Assembly (NCBI GenBank): GCA_965112155.1
Contig: OZ218102.1
Strand: one strand, 5' to 3'
Length of the DNA stretch: 64,000 bases
DNA from: Podarcis liolepis
Lineage: Eukaryota
The position numbers and the translations under genes are program-made. Within the stretch, counting starts at the first letter, position 1; the number at the start of each line of letters is the position of its first letter. Below, in pieces: positions 25,705 to 39,326 of this stretch. The notes below the pieces were generated by a model, which was not told where the DNA came from, made no database searches, and saw only the letters and a program-made list of their open reading frames with translations.

Positions 25705-27742
25705 TATTTAGAAACAAAATTGCACACCAGCATTTTCCTGCTATGGTCCAAAGCAGTTTTGAATTGCATATACTTAGTCACAAACATATCAAAATGGTAA
25801 CTGGGTTTAGTCAGCACTTACAAGTGGGGAGTTGCTGAACAATGTATATCTTTACTTATAAAGTGTAGCAAGAAAACTTTAGGAAGCTAACTGATGCAAG
25901 GTTGTAACACTTACACATTTGAAAACTGTTACTTCTTCACCTTCTCAGATTTTTCTCCTCAAGTGTTAAGCAAACACAATTTATTGTCACTTTCTTCCCC
26001 TTTTGTCAATAAACTGTCAAAAACCAGCTTATACTTAGCCAGTGCTGCTGAACGGTTTTGAACAATCATGTCTTTTGTTTTAGATATGATGTTTCTCCTA
26101 ATGCAAGACCGAATTGTGTTTGGCATTGTTTACATTCACATTTTGTTTGCAACCCAGAAAAAGCACCCTTGTTAGTTGTGTTTTCTCCCCCTCTTGCTTA
26201 GTCTCGTGCTCTTAGAGCATGTCTTAAATGGATGCAAACCCATGCTTCCAAGGATATTGTGAAAATATGCAACACATTCAACATCTGTCTTTATAGCATC
26301 CGAATCCCTTTCTAATTTTGATTATTCTCATCAAAAGACTCCCCAGTTTAACTGAATGACCATTCGCCTTTGTGTTTCCAAATACCAGTAGTGAAATAGA
26401 AGAAATGGTGTTCATTAGGGCTGTGGATAGAGGAAATACACCACTAATTTAAAGAAGTAAAATGGTTTCTAAATATAAAGCTGTCTTGGGGGCATCATCA
26501 TCCAGCTATAAAACTGCTATTTTTCATAGGGTAATTAGCTCAGGAAAATACTATCTCTACACACTGAGTGATTATAGTTACTGCAAAACACATGTTGATC
26601 CTGATTAAAAATACATTCTAGTAGTAAAAAAAAAAGCAGCAATAAACTATTTTGGAAAAATGTTTAAAACCATTGCAAAGGCAGAGATAAACACACAAGG
26701 TCAGCTTATTCGCTCTCATAAGTGACAGGACTCAAAGGGATATTTCCTCCCTAAGCATTTATGGCTGCCAAATTTTGAGTTGGCCCATTTAAATATGCTT
26801 TAAACAGCCGTCTGACCTGAAGCAATTAGAAGGATTTATTATTTATCTCCATGATACAAAAAGCTTCATTGGATGATTTCTTTATATCAAATAGCTATTC
26901 AAGGTCCAAGAGCAACGCTAGGCCAGTTTTTTTCTTCTTCTTCTTGCTACTTGGCAATCTTACGACTGACAGCGATCTGTACTTAGGGAATAAAAAATGA
27001 GTCTTTTATTGGGGATCCATGCAGCATCTGGCTAATTCTGAACTCGAGGAGACCCGGGCAATACGAAAGACAAGGCCATTTGCTGTTTCTGTCCAGAATC
27101 TCTTGAAGCTATAAAGAGAAATGAAACAATTTATTCCTGATACCGAAACACATGAACAACCTAGAATTGGCCCATGAGCTACCTAGAACTGACACACAAT
27201 TCCAAGCCTCAGCTACTCTTACATCCAGAAAGTATATGAATACCAGGATATTTATCAGTGAGTGCTTGCAAACCTCAAAATCGCCATCATGGATCAAACT
27301 AGAGCATTGTGCCATTTGTTCCTGTTTTATAAATGCCAATTAGAGTAGAGGATATTGAGCTACAGGTACATCAGCAGTGGGGAACCAGTAGCCCTTCAAA
27401 TATTGTCAATAGCCTGATGCAGTTTGAAGCCATTGCATAGGGCCACAATCCAAATCCCTTATCCATTGGGCTGGAGTGGGTTTGAATGAGGCAAAAGCAT
27501 TCCTCTACCCAGCCCTGCCTGCTTCTGTCAGTGCAGAGGGCCTCAATGTGCCTACTTAAACAGTGGTGGGTTGAGTGGTGGTACTTAGTGGTAACCTTTG
27601 AAATGGGGTGGTTTTGAGGGTAGGGAGAGGGCAGCTGATCCTGAGCCAGCTCTGTTTGCATTATGCCACAGCAATGGGCCTGATCCAGGCCGCTTTGCTG
27701 CACTAACCTGAGTGGTGGTATAGCAAAATGGCATTGCTGTCC

Positions 27743-28544
27743 TGTGGCGATCACACAAGGTCCCCAGACGTTTGATGGTCTATTGACCCTGTGCCACCAC
27801 TGTGTTTGCTTTCTTTGCTGCCACCAACCCATGTCTCTCGGGTACACACGGAGTCCAGACAGTTGTTAACATTAACAAATAATCAAGTTTATTTTTATAA
27901 GCAACTTCAGCTTCCTAACAGCCTCAAACTAATTATCCCAACTATCTATCTGACTCCACCTAACAGTTCCTCTCACTCTCTCACCACACAACTCGACCAA
28001 CCAACAGACTTATCCCCCCCCTTCCTTCTCCAACTCCCAACTCTCAACTAACTTCCACACAACACCAACTCTCACTCTAACTCCTCCCCTTGGGTTCCCA
28101 CTGGCCAATCATCTTCACACACATTTAACACTTTTCTTATGACCCACCAGGGACGTGGGTGGCGCTGTGGGTAAAACCTCAGCGCCTAGGGCTTGCCGAT
28201 CGCATGGTCGGCAGTTCGAATCCCCGCGGCGGGGTGCGCTCCTGTTGCTCGGTCCCAGCGCCTGCCAACCTAGCAGTTCGAAAGCACCCCCGGGTGCAAG
28301 TAGATAAATAGGGTCCACTTACTAGCGGGAAGGTAAACGGCATTTCCGTGTGCTGCGCTGGCTCGCCAGATGCAGCTTGTCACGCTGGCCACATGACCCG
28401 GAAGTGTCTTTGGACAGTGCTGGCCCCCGGCCTCTTACGTGAGATAGGCGCACAACCCTAGAGTCGGACACGACTGGCCCATACGGGCAGGGGTACCTTT
28501 ACCTTTACTTTACCTTATGACCCACCTAGGAGGTAAATGCCACA
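27743..28544 (-). mobile_element. Solo LTR (family X) with nested Sauria SINE
   Basis: Termini TGTGGC / GCCACA, 5-bp flanks TGTCC / TGTCA and AATAAA on the minus strand (~27890). Homologous to 41392-41969. Confidence 0.75.
28149..28513 (+). mobile_element. Sauria SINE
   Basis: GGGACGTGGGTGGCGCTGTGG head, a BovB-like GAGTCGGACACGACT near the 3' end, an (ACCTTT)n tail and a 13-bp TSD CTTATGACCCACC. Confidence 0.93.
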
Positions 28545-30904
28545 TGTCACCTTCCCACAACCCTTTTAGCCCTGGTCATTACAAGCAGTGGGGCTGTGGA
28601 TGCAGAAGTGGCTTCACTGCTGCATTCAGCCCCACTGCTGCTGGGCAGGGCATGAAGATTGCTCTGCCTGTCATGTTTTAGTCACATTGAAATTAATGGG
28701 AGTTCAGTGTTAGCCATGACTCACTTGCACCATTGATTTCACAGAGGATAAAACTTGATCAGCTCAATGTGGATCCCGCCCTCTATATTTTCCTCTGCCT
28801 CCTGCTGGAGGATGTGCCTTGGTGGACACAGAATTTCCACAGGCCTAAAAGCCATTTGGTGGAGTTATGGAGTTGCAAGCTGAAAGGCACAATTCCAGAG
28901 ACTAAATCTGCCAGGCTCCACGAAGCTGAGTCCAGCTGCAAGAATCCAGGCTCCAAAGTGTGATGCTGATGATGTCAGTGGAGCTTATTCCACACTCACA
29001 GAAGGACGTACACCCCATAAGAAAGCACAGCGAGTGCTGATTGCTTGATGGGAAGATCTGCTCTGGAGCCTGTGCCAGAAACAGCTTAATCACTCTCCAT
29101 TCAGGTTCCGTTAAATGTTAATCCCCGAAGTAAGGTAAGATGGTAGTTAAATGCGCAACATCGAAGGATTTTCTAGCAGGATGAGGACTGCAGAAAAGAA
29201 ATTTCAGGCTAATCATCATAATAAGGAAATTAGAAATTGAGGTATTAAGATAGACCAATGAGAGACAGTGGTTAGAAAGCAGATTATAATAAACTATCTT
29301 TTCAATAGCAGTGTGCCAATTTAATTAGGGCATTTTACATTTGGCTTCTCCTTCCCTGAACTCTTAGACTGCCTCTGCCTCTTGATCTTTCTGCTTTACC
29401 CCTCCCCCCCCTCTAGTTTCCCCTCGAAGCTCTTCATTTCTGGCGTTTTCTTTTGCTTGGCTGACTTCCTCATCTCGTCTCTCTGCTTTATGGGTCTGTT
29501 CCTCAATCAGCGCCTCTCTTGAAGAAGTGCCTGTTTGCTTCCAACACTGAGTTTACAGACTTTTGCTACTAGCCAGAGTCCTGGAGACAGCTTCTAAGTA
29601 TGTTTACACCTATCCAGATTAACTGCACTGAGCTGGAACCAAAGACAAATATACACTCAAGAACAAGTCCAGCTTACTTGACACGCCAAGCAAATGGGTT
29701 GCAGCTGAAAAACAAACATGTCTGGTGCAGCTTCTTAGCTGAAAATAGATTAAAAGTAAAATTAGCCTCTCTGCATCTGCCTAAAACTATGTGACACCAA
29801 CTATAGCTTTAACTCTTTATAACTGGCTTGAATTGGGACCAAAGCCACATTTGTGGATTCTATCTCCCCCCCCCCCTTCTCATTTTATTTAAGCTCAATC
29901 TGACAGTAAAGTAAGTAAAACACAATCTTTATTTTGTTCTGGCTTTCCTATTTCCCATCTCTCTTCTATTTTTGCAAAGACAACAAAAAAGTTACTAGCC
30001 TGCAAAAAAGAAAAAGCTGGGAGTAGGCTTCATTGAGGCTAATAGGTTTTCTTTCCATGCTGGCACCAGAAGAGGAGAAACACTGCTCTCCTTGCCTCAC
30101 ATGGAAACATAGACATGCTGGAGCCGGAGTAAGTGGTAATGTGTAGACAGCCCAAGTGGGCTATTGGAGGAGAGAGAGATTAATCTGTTCCTTCTCTACC
30201 AACCTGCTCACATAGCTGCATTAAACAGGTGAGTCCTTAAATTCAAAGCTAGCCTAACACTGTCTTTCTATGTTTATTCTAGGGCTTCATTGGATACCGA
30301 CCACTTTTGGGTTTTTACTCCAAAACTGGCAATTTCTGCTCTCATTGAAATGTCTCATCCCAACCATTAACTTATTCCCCCCCCAAAAAAAAAATATTCA
30401 CCTTTTCCCAGTCCTGTTCAATACAATTGTTTCCTTGGGTGTTGCTTCTTCAGCTTTGCATACACACGTGTGCCTTCCATACCTGCTTATTTCTAGCCCT
30501 TGAATAGTCACATGGGTAATTTCAGTCAATCTGAATGAGATAATTTCATGATGCTATAGCTGAGTGGATACTTTTGATTATACTAAAAATATTTATTTCA
30601 TAAAAATCATATAATGCTTGACTTTTTAAAATAAAATAAAAAAGCCTTGGCTGTAGTCATTAATTCTCTTGGCCCTCAACTCCCATCTTCTCTAACAATT
30701 GGCTGTACTGGCTGGCACTAATCCAATCATGTCTGGAGGGCACCAAACTGCCTACACCTGGTCTAACTCATGACTTCCTACTACCTCCTATGAACTACCA
30801 GTAACACTCCTGTGATCCTCCTAAGTGCCTCCATTAGGTTGCACAATCTTTAGAGCAACACAGAAGACTGGGATGTGCAATGGCTTCAAGTACCTAGGCA
30901 ACTA

Positions 30905-31146
30905 CAGTGGTACCTTGGGTTACATACGCTTCAGGTTACATACGCTTCAGGATACAGACTCTGCTAACCCAGAAATAGTGCTTCAGGTTAAGAACTTTGC
31001 TTCAGGATGAGAACAGAAATCGTGCTCCGGTGGCACGGCAGCAGCAGGAGGCCCCATTAGCTAAAGTGGTGCTTCAGGTTAAGAACAGTTTCAGGTTAAG
31101 TACCGACCTCCGGAACGAATTAAGTACTTAACCCGAGGTATCACTG
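30905..31146. mobile_element. Tigger/pogo-type MITE, family A (second copy)
   Basis: TA|CAGTGGTACC...GGTATCACTG|TA, colinear with 8697-8938. Confidence 0.88.
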
Positions 31147-32273
31147 TATTCACTTTAGACAAGGCAACATACATTGCTACAGACCTTTCCCAGTGGAAAT
31201 CTTATTTCCTGTTATAAGACCATTGACTTTCGTGGGGAGAAAAGAACCACACAGGTTAGAAATAGAGCATCCCTTCATCTTCCTGTGCTGAAAAGCAGGA
31301 AGCCTAGTATCTTTTCAGCTGACCCAACTCCTAACAATCACTCTGACCTAATGCTAAGTCTCCTGCACAAAGTCATATGTTTATTTGTGATTAGAAAATA
31401 TTGGAGAGAACACAAAGCAGTATTTGGAGCTGGCATCTGAGTGGCTACTCATTGATTGGAAATTGTTCTAGGATGTACATAGTGTTGCTGTACTAGTGTT
31501 TTAGGTACATCCACCTGGAGCATCTCATTGATGGATGCATTATAAAAAACAATCAATAAATACATCAACTTTAATAATTAATAAATATTATTATGCATCA
31601 AAACTTCTGAGTACGCTAGAAAGCAACCAAATTGGAAAATCACTGTCTCTCTCAGATGATACGGCATACAATGTCTGACTAAGTGTAGCAACTTTGAGGT
31701 CTTTGGATGAAGCCCTCTAACAAATAATAGTAAGCCTTACCGTGGTTCAACCATTTAAAGTTTAATCAGGTGCAGCTATTTAGATGTCTGCTTGATAATT
31801 CCATCCACGCAACAACTGATCTTATTCTCAAAGAATCTAATGAAGGAACTGAAACACAACACACAACCAAGTCACACAAGTAGCCTCTAATGACAGTCTC
31901 AAATGGCTGTCCAAATTCACAGCCCACTCAGTTTCACAATATTTGGGTGTATTTGCTGAACAAGGCACAAATCCTGTTTGCTACCTCATCTTCTAGAAAG
32001 AATAAATACTTCAGGTTCTTTTGTAAATTTCTCTGTTCTACAGGAAACAGAATTTTAGCAAACTTCTTTTTAGATTGCTTCTTATGGACTCTGAACTCAA
32101 TAAGAAGGAAGTGACTGAGCTTGTAAAAACAGAGAAAGGCTATTCACTGAAGTACTGTACTGATATGAGGCTATGTAATTACACAAAGGGTACTATACAA
32201 ATCCTATAGAAATCAATGCCTCATTTTTATTTTTTGCAAGGCTCCTGTGACTTTAAACAGTTGCTTGATCAAC

Positions 32274-32849
32274 TTCCATAGACTGGTTTGGACAAAGAGG
32301 AATGGGGGGAGGAACCAGCTGGGAAACCCCCAAGGGAAGAAGGCTCAGAGTCCAGAGAGTGGTGATGGGACAACGAGTGGTCAGAGAGAAAAGAGGAAGA
32401 AGACTGGGAGGAGGAGGTGTTGGAAGCTGAAGAGGTAAAAGGTCTTAGTGAGATGGGATAGTCTGTGGCAGGGAGGAATCCAGAATCAGAGCAGAAGCTG
32501 AAGGAGGAGAGGGAGGCCAAGAGATGAGTCTGGCTGGTGAAAAGGCATGGGTGTCTCCCCCTCCTGCTGTGACAAACTCCGCCCCCCCCAGTCTGCAAGA
32601 ACCAGAAGAGGCATGTAAAGGGTGGAGAAGTTAACTTCATGCAGGCATAGTCTCAGATTGCTTGGGGAAAACCCTGTGGGGAGGCAAGGACCCTGTCTCA
32701 GCAACTGTTTCATGGGGGCAAGACTTACTGGAGGTGAGTTGTTCTGCTCATTAGGCCTGACACTCCTATGAAGATCCCATTTTTGCTAATAAAGAGTTAA
32801 CTCCAACTTGCTCAGTGTGATTTACTGCTGGCTCACTCCTGTCATCAAC
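32274..32849 (+). mobile_element. Probable solo LTR (purine-rich, Gypsy-like)
   Basis: GA-rich U3-like body and AATAAA at ~32788 followed by a short U5-like end. Termini are degenerate and no TSD is found. Confidence 0.45.
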
Positions 32850-35668
32850 GTATATTTGTTAGGCTATAGTTCCGTCTCCCTGGCAGTATCCGAACAATAT
32901 TAAGTGCCCCCCACAACCCCCTCCCATGCAGCTACAGTAATGGGGAGAGATTAATATATGTAATTCATCTAGATGATTTAAAAACATAAGAGCTTCCAGA
33001 TGGGGAGGAGATGTTGGTAACTATTGTATCACATACCTTTCACTGGTTTTAAATGGTTTTGCATTTCTACTTTTTATTCTAAGCAAGGAAGTAATTCTAT
33101 GGAAAAGTGTTCTATTATACATTCATAGCTTCCACATTAATAATAAGTTTTCAGCTGATGTCAATGAAAACAGACAAACTGAATACGTTTGGTGAGAGCT
33201 CCTCATGTGCCTTTGAGCATTCAAAAAAAGACCACATTTTGTCACAAGTAAGTAGCTCTGTGGTTGAATTTCACAGCTCTCCAGGGAAGGCTTACCCAAA
33301 TAGGGAGCTACTCCACCAACCTCAATGTATGCTCAGCCAAATAAATTGTTTCAAAACATTGTTACGTATGCCACCCCAATCTCTGCTGAATGGCTACATG
33401 AGATTCCAGGGGTGCCAGATGCTCACCCAAGGTTGTGCTAACCAAACCTAGTGCAAGACGGCACCTTTTTCTTGCTGCACAGCCTGCCACCATGACCTTG
33501 GCAATGTCTCGCCTAGTTGATGATTTCCATTGACTTGCTTCCAGCACCTTTTGCCATTCTTAACAACTTCTATCTCAGTTGAGGCCCTGGCATCTTCCCT
33601 TCGATATTCCAAATATTATCTAAATTCTACAATTTATTCAATTCTATCATTCACTAACATTGCACCCCGAAACCTGTAATAGTATCTATTTTCTGGCCAA
33701 ACACTTGCATTGTAAAATGCTTTCCGTGTAAGAATATGAAAGCAATATGTAGGTTGTTCATGTGCACTATTTCAGTGTAATACCTGTGTTTTAGAATTTC
33801 TGCTCAGGAAGCTCACCTGTGATGCATGTCATTAAGAAAGAAGATAAGCCCTGAATGGAGGCCAAATTTTGGCTAAACAATTCCTCAGTGCTAGGTGTTA
33901 GTGAAATTGCCTTTCTCAGCAGGCCTTCTCAACCATGGCATCCCAATCAGGGAATGCTCTTCCCAGAGAATTCCATCTTTTCCCCCTTCTGGTGCTATGA
34001 TAATGCATTTAAATTTTCCCAAACCTTTTGCACATAATTTTAGTCCTACTGATTGTTTTTTATCTGGCTTCTAAGGTCTTGCTGCCTTTTAGTTCTTGTG
34101 TTCACTGCGATAATCTGGATTTGTATTGTTTATTTTCACCCTAATGCAAACCATCCTGGAAATTAATTCACCTTAGTTAAACCATCCTGGTATAAATATA
34201 TCTGTAATAAATCAATTACAAACAGAAATGTTCATTAAAAGAACGTGAAATTTTGAAATTTGCAAAGACAGGCCACTGCGGTCCATAAAGAGAAATCCTT
34301 CCTAAGGCAATTTGTGCTAACAATGGTGCTAATAGTAGTATCTGGGTGATACTTAGAGGATACCTGGAATATCCTTTGTTAAAACAGGGAGTTAGCCACA
34401 GAGACTGCACAGTCCACACTTGTACCACAATAGTCCATGTCAGCTGTCTAGACTGGCAGAACACAAGTGAAAGCTAAACATGTATTCTGCAGGGACAGAA
34501 TGTGCTGATATCCAATATGAACCATGTAGGCATAAGGTATGAGTATGGGACTAAAAACACACTTGTCCCCTTTTACATTCCATATATCTGAATGTCTATG
34601 AATAATTAAGAGGCTCTTTGCTATGGAACAGCATTCTGGACTATCTACTCAGGTGCAGTGTGCTGCATTAACCTAAATGATATTCACCGATACTTTACCC
34701 TGTGGGGAAAGATGTGCATAACATGTAGAACTGAGCAATATTAACACGAGGCAACATCATACCTGCCTTGAGACTTTGCAATGTACTAGTGCATCTGAAA
34801 ACACTGTGCTGTGGTCATGGTAACTGGAAATAAAATGCTGAGAACTAAACAATCAAGACCATTCTTTTTTATACACTAATCAGAAATAAGAAGAAATTCA
34901 GTTGAACTGTTTTGGGGAATGGAAAGGGGAGCAGGAGGGTGGTCTCATTTCATTGTGCTCTTACTCTGAAATCTTCTGCTTGAAAAAGCCAATTCTAGCC
35001 AATACCTAGTTTAAATTGGAGGTACATCTCTGAGTCCAAGTCACCATGATTCTTTTCAACCAAAGCAAAATAAATACAAAGAGATCTCTTGTATTCATTC
35101 ATAATCTAATAAGTCACTCTTAATGTGGAAAAGCCTACTGGCAGGGTAAAGAAATCTCTAGCTCCCGTAAAAACAAAAAACAAAAAAAACAAGAACACCT
35201 TTAAGACTAAAAGGAATCATTTGCAACAATTGGCTGTGAGGAACTATGGGAAGGTGCTAGGAAATCACTTTGCTCTATAATATGGCTGTGTCTATACCAC
35301 TGAGGCAGAAGTTTTGAAGGAAGATGACAGAAGCACTATAGAATTCAAAACAAATTATAGTCAAAATAAAATGATGCTGTTTCCAGCAACTAGAACAAAA
35401 TGCAGAAAGAAATCCTGTCAGATAGCAAAATGCCCTTTTCTCTATTGCATACAGACCTTTCCTAGTTTCAGCTGCAGAGAAGTGGAAATTGCACTCTGTT
35501 AGGTAACAGGCAGAATTTCAATTAGAGGGTTTCACAGAGTTTCAAGCATGTTAGCAAATGCTCTTTTCTCCTCTTCTCCCCCACTCTCTATCTCAAGTCA
35601 AGAAATCACAAAACAATTGTCCTAAAACCCCCTCTCAGCTGTCACTGTATGCAAAGAGTATACTGTAC

Positions 35669-35830
35669 CATTATGATGAGAGTTCTGGGTCTGCTCATTT
35701 CATCATCACTATCCAGAGGCAGGATTTCATGTGACAATTCCTCTTGCCGTCTTCTACAAATATGTGCACAGTTCCTCTGTACCACTGAACGAAAGGCTTG
35801 AAGCAGAACAATGCTGGCAGCACAGCCCAT
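35669..35830 (-). CDS. DOCK10: Candidate third DOCK10 first coding exon, 54 codons MGCAASIVLLQAFRSVVQRNCAHICRRRQEELSHEILPLDSDDEMSRPRTLIIM
   Basis: It is on the same strand as, and lies between, exons 1a and 1b. The start has a strong Kozak context (GCT ATG G) and an MGCxxS acylation motif. There is a phase-0 GT donor ATG|GTACAG, which is weak. The surroundings are TE-poor. Confidence 0.7.
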
Positions 35831-38324
35831 AGCTGCATCCTGAAGCCTACAAAATAACTTCTATGTTTATGCTATGTTTGAAAAACAGTAGCTCCTTGTC
35901 CCTGAAAACAGCCTACAGTGCAGCTGCAGCCAGCCAGCTCGCTCCAATCATTTCCTTGAGCTGCAATCATCTGATCACAACCAAATAGCTTGGATGCAGA
36001 TATAGGAAAGATTTGATCCACTGAAACAACATAACACACACAGAGAGAGACACACACACACACAGTATTAAGGTCCTTTTTTTGGAGTAACTGTTTCTGA
36101 AAACACAGAACAATTTTTTTTCTTTAGCAATAATCCTCCTCCTCCTCCTGATCCCAGATTCAGAGAGCTGAAAAGTATAAACCAGCTGTTTAATAAAAAA
36201 AAATCTGGCAAGACTCATTTAAATGCCTGTTAACAATCACACAGAGGAAAATCAGCAATGACAACCATAAGTAGGATTAAACAGTGATGACTAAAAATGA
36301 AATACTTTGTTGTATTGCTTTATTAAGGATGAAAAATAAAATCCAGCTTCTGCTTCATTGAGGCACATAGGCTGGTACCTTTGGATGAAAGTGTTTCATT
36401 TTCTCAAACGAAATTAACATGTCAAAGTATTAAAACATTATTGGGGGGGGGTGCAAGATAATAACAATAAATGGGTTGCACAGCTCATGCCCGAACATCA
36501 ATGGCTTCATGAAAAACACCACTGTTTAGCTATGAAATGCTTCTCAAGACTAGTTTTTTTGTGAGTGATCCCACACAAACACTTCTGCAGACTGTGGCAT
36601 TTTTTTTATACTGGCAGAGGCAGCTTGTGTGTGGCAAATCTTTCTAGGAGGGCTCACTTCCAAGGAATTAAGCACAGATTATCTCTCCACCCACCCACCC
36701 CCACAGCCACCACCACCCCTCAAAAGAAAAAGAAAAAAGCAAGGTAACCAACTGGGAAGCATTAGTAAATGTTTTATTGCTAATAATTAATGCAGAGAAA
36801 GAAACAGGGTTTGAGCAGTTAACAACTTAGTATTCTAACTGCTGGCAGAGAAGTAATTGAGAAAGCTGCTAAAAAGAGGTGCTTAGAAACCACATGACCC
36901 CGTTTGGATAAATATCAAGATCTTAATGGTACAGTTGTGTGAGGTAAGAGTACTTCAGGGAAAGTTGGCACTAAGCCTCGTTTCTCACAAATGAAGAGAG
37001 CTGCGAGTGTTGCAAGGAAGATGTTTTCAGAAGGAACAGCATTCTTGTTTCTATGCTTATTTTCTTACTATCTGCAGTCACATCTGTCTTCACTTTTAAA
37101 ACATTGTTTCTGTCTACACACATGCGCGTGCACACACACACACATGGCCCTACTGCTTTTGTAGGCAGTGGGAGCCTTGCCATTCACTTTCATGGGGACT
37201 TGAGTAAGCCTGTAATTCCTGTTGATGTAATCTTTGGAACGGCTGTTTCATAGAATGGATTGTTTAAAAAGAGAATGGGGCTGCTAACACTGTTCTCCGG
37301 AACCATTTTACACAGGGGTTGATTAGGATTTAATTGCTCAGTAATCTGTCACAATATGGCAGCATTTAAATGAAAATATTTACCAGGGCCATTAAATGGC
37401 TCGCTTTTTTTTAAAAAAAAAGGCCTCCTGCCCACTGCCAAATGTTTCTCTTTGCTTGTATCAAGAGCGAACTGACTGCAGTACTTTGATCTATTCTCTC
37501 TCGCTCTGTCATGTATGCATATATGAGAGGCAAACAGGCATAGTAAACAGCATTTGCATCTATCCGCCTTGAGTTTTGTTAGCATCCTTCCAGGAAACGC
37601 TTTGCTCCCCCCCCCCCCAAGTCATCTCACTAGAAAACTCCTTCTCTTGAATCATGATCTGGCGCATAGGAAAGTTACACGTTAGAAAAGTCCAAGGCAT
37701 ACTTTTTTGTGCTTAGCAGTTTCATTTCTTCAAATACACTTGCAGCAACACAGTGCTGTCATTCCAGCTTCAAAATGGGATGCCCTGCTGCCTCTTGCCT
37801 GCCCCACTTGTCTTTTCATTACTTTCCTTCTGCACATTAGGATGAAGCTGACCCTTTTGGGAGATAAGAGACTAAAATAGTTATCATTGCTGGTCTTAAT
37901 AGCACCAGTCTGGGTTTGACTAACTTCCATTATGGTGTATGTAGTTTGCTCTTCTAGTGTCTGCTGCATGGCCTTGGGCAATATTAATGTCCCTGGCATG
38001 ACAGGCTGCTGCTGTTATTTTACTCATATCATACTGGAGTGCTTGGAGTTTGGTTCCTATGGCAACAAGGCCCAATTTCACCATGCAACTGGATGCCAGA
38101 CAATTCTTTTCCAAATCCCTTTAAAAAACTAGTGGAGGAAAATTCCCACAGAACTGAACAGTCCTGGATCAGGTCCATTCTCTTTAAATGCTTTAATAAG
38201 GAGACAGAGAAGAATTGCTCGAGATACGGCTAGGAAGCAGCTGTGGCTTATAATCACTATAAAGAAGTACAGTATGAAGAGAACAAAGCCTACCCCAAGG
38301 GAACAAGACAAACTCTTTGTAATT

Positions 38325-38763
38325 CATAGAACTGTAGAATTGTAGAGTTGGAACGGTTCCTGAGCACCATACTCCAACCTCCTGAAATGCAGGAATCTCA
38401 ATTATAGTATCCATGACAGATGGCCATCCAACCTCTGCTTAAAAATCTCCAAGGAAGATGAGTCCACCACCTCCTGAGAGAGTACATTCCACTGTTTGAA
38501 CAGCTCTTACTATCAAAAAGTTATTCCTTAAGTTTAGTTGGAATCTCATTTCTTGTAAATTGAAGCCATTGGTTCGGGCTGTTCCCTCTGGAACAAGAGA
38601 AAACAAACTTGCTCTATTTTCCATGAGACACCCCTTCAGGTATTTGAAGATGACTATCATAGCTCCCGTCAGTCTCCTCTTATCTGGGCTAAACATATCC
38701 AACTCCCTCAACCATTCCTCATAAGGTTTGCATTCCAGACCCTTTATCATCTTGGTCACCCTG
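38325..38763 (-). mobile_element. CR1 LINE 3' fragment
   Basis: ORF 38439-38849 contains YEEWLRELDMFSPDKRRLTGAMIVIFKYLKG...RTNGFNL, and there is a CR1-type 3' end. Confidence 0.88.
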
Positions 38764-39326
38764 ATGTGTGGGTGACAAGCCAGAGGAGTTTTGTGCTTCA
38801 GACTAAGGCAACTGTAGGCCAAATGGGTTGCAGAAAAGGAAAGCAGCAACTCCGCTTAGTTACTGTTAACCAGCCATTTATTTACTGGGTATCTTACAAA
38901 ATTATCTTTATACAGGCAGCAATGTATAAACTAGATGTGGAGATCTGGAAGGGCCCAGTTAATAATCTACTGAAGACTTCTTCAACCTGGTGTCATCCAG
39001 GTAGTCCAAACTGGACTACAATTCTTTTCATCTCTGGCCAGCATGGCCAATGCTCAGGGATGCTGGCCACAGTAGTCCAAAACATCTTGAACAAACCAGG
39101 TTACTACCCAAAAGGTAGGATGATCCTTTCACCCAGATCCATCTAGGCACATGCCGTTTGGACTATGGTGTTCTGGGGCATCACACTTTAAGAAGGAAGG
39201 AGGCAACCTGGAAGGGATGCAGAGGAATGCAAAATGATGATGAGCACTGTGGCAAGCAAGTCATATGTCAAAAAGTTGAAGGTGTTGGGCATGTTCAGTC
39301 TGATAAAAAGAAGATTGGGGGAAACA

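Noticed and set aside
28902-29018. Another minus-strand MGC start (MGCTSFCECG...) as a fourth first exon
   Set aside because: There is no Ser at position 6. The only donor-like GTGAGT is phase 1 with T at -1, and the frame stops without a phase-0 donor.
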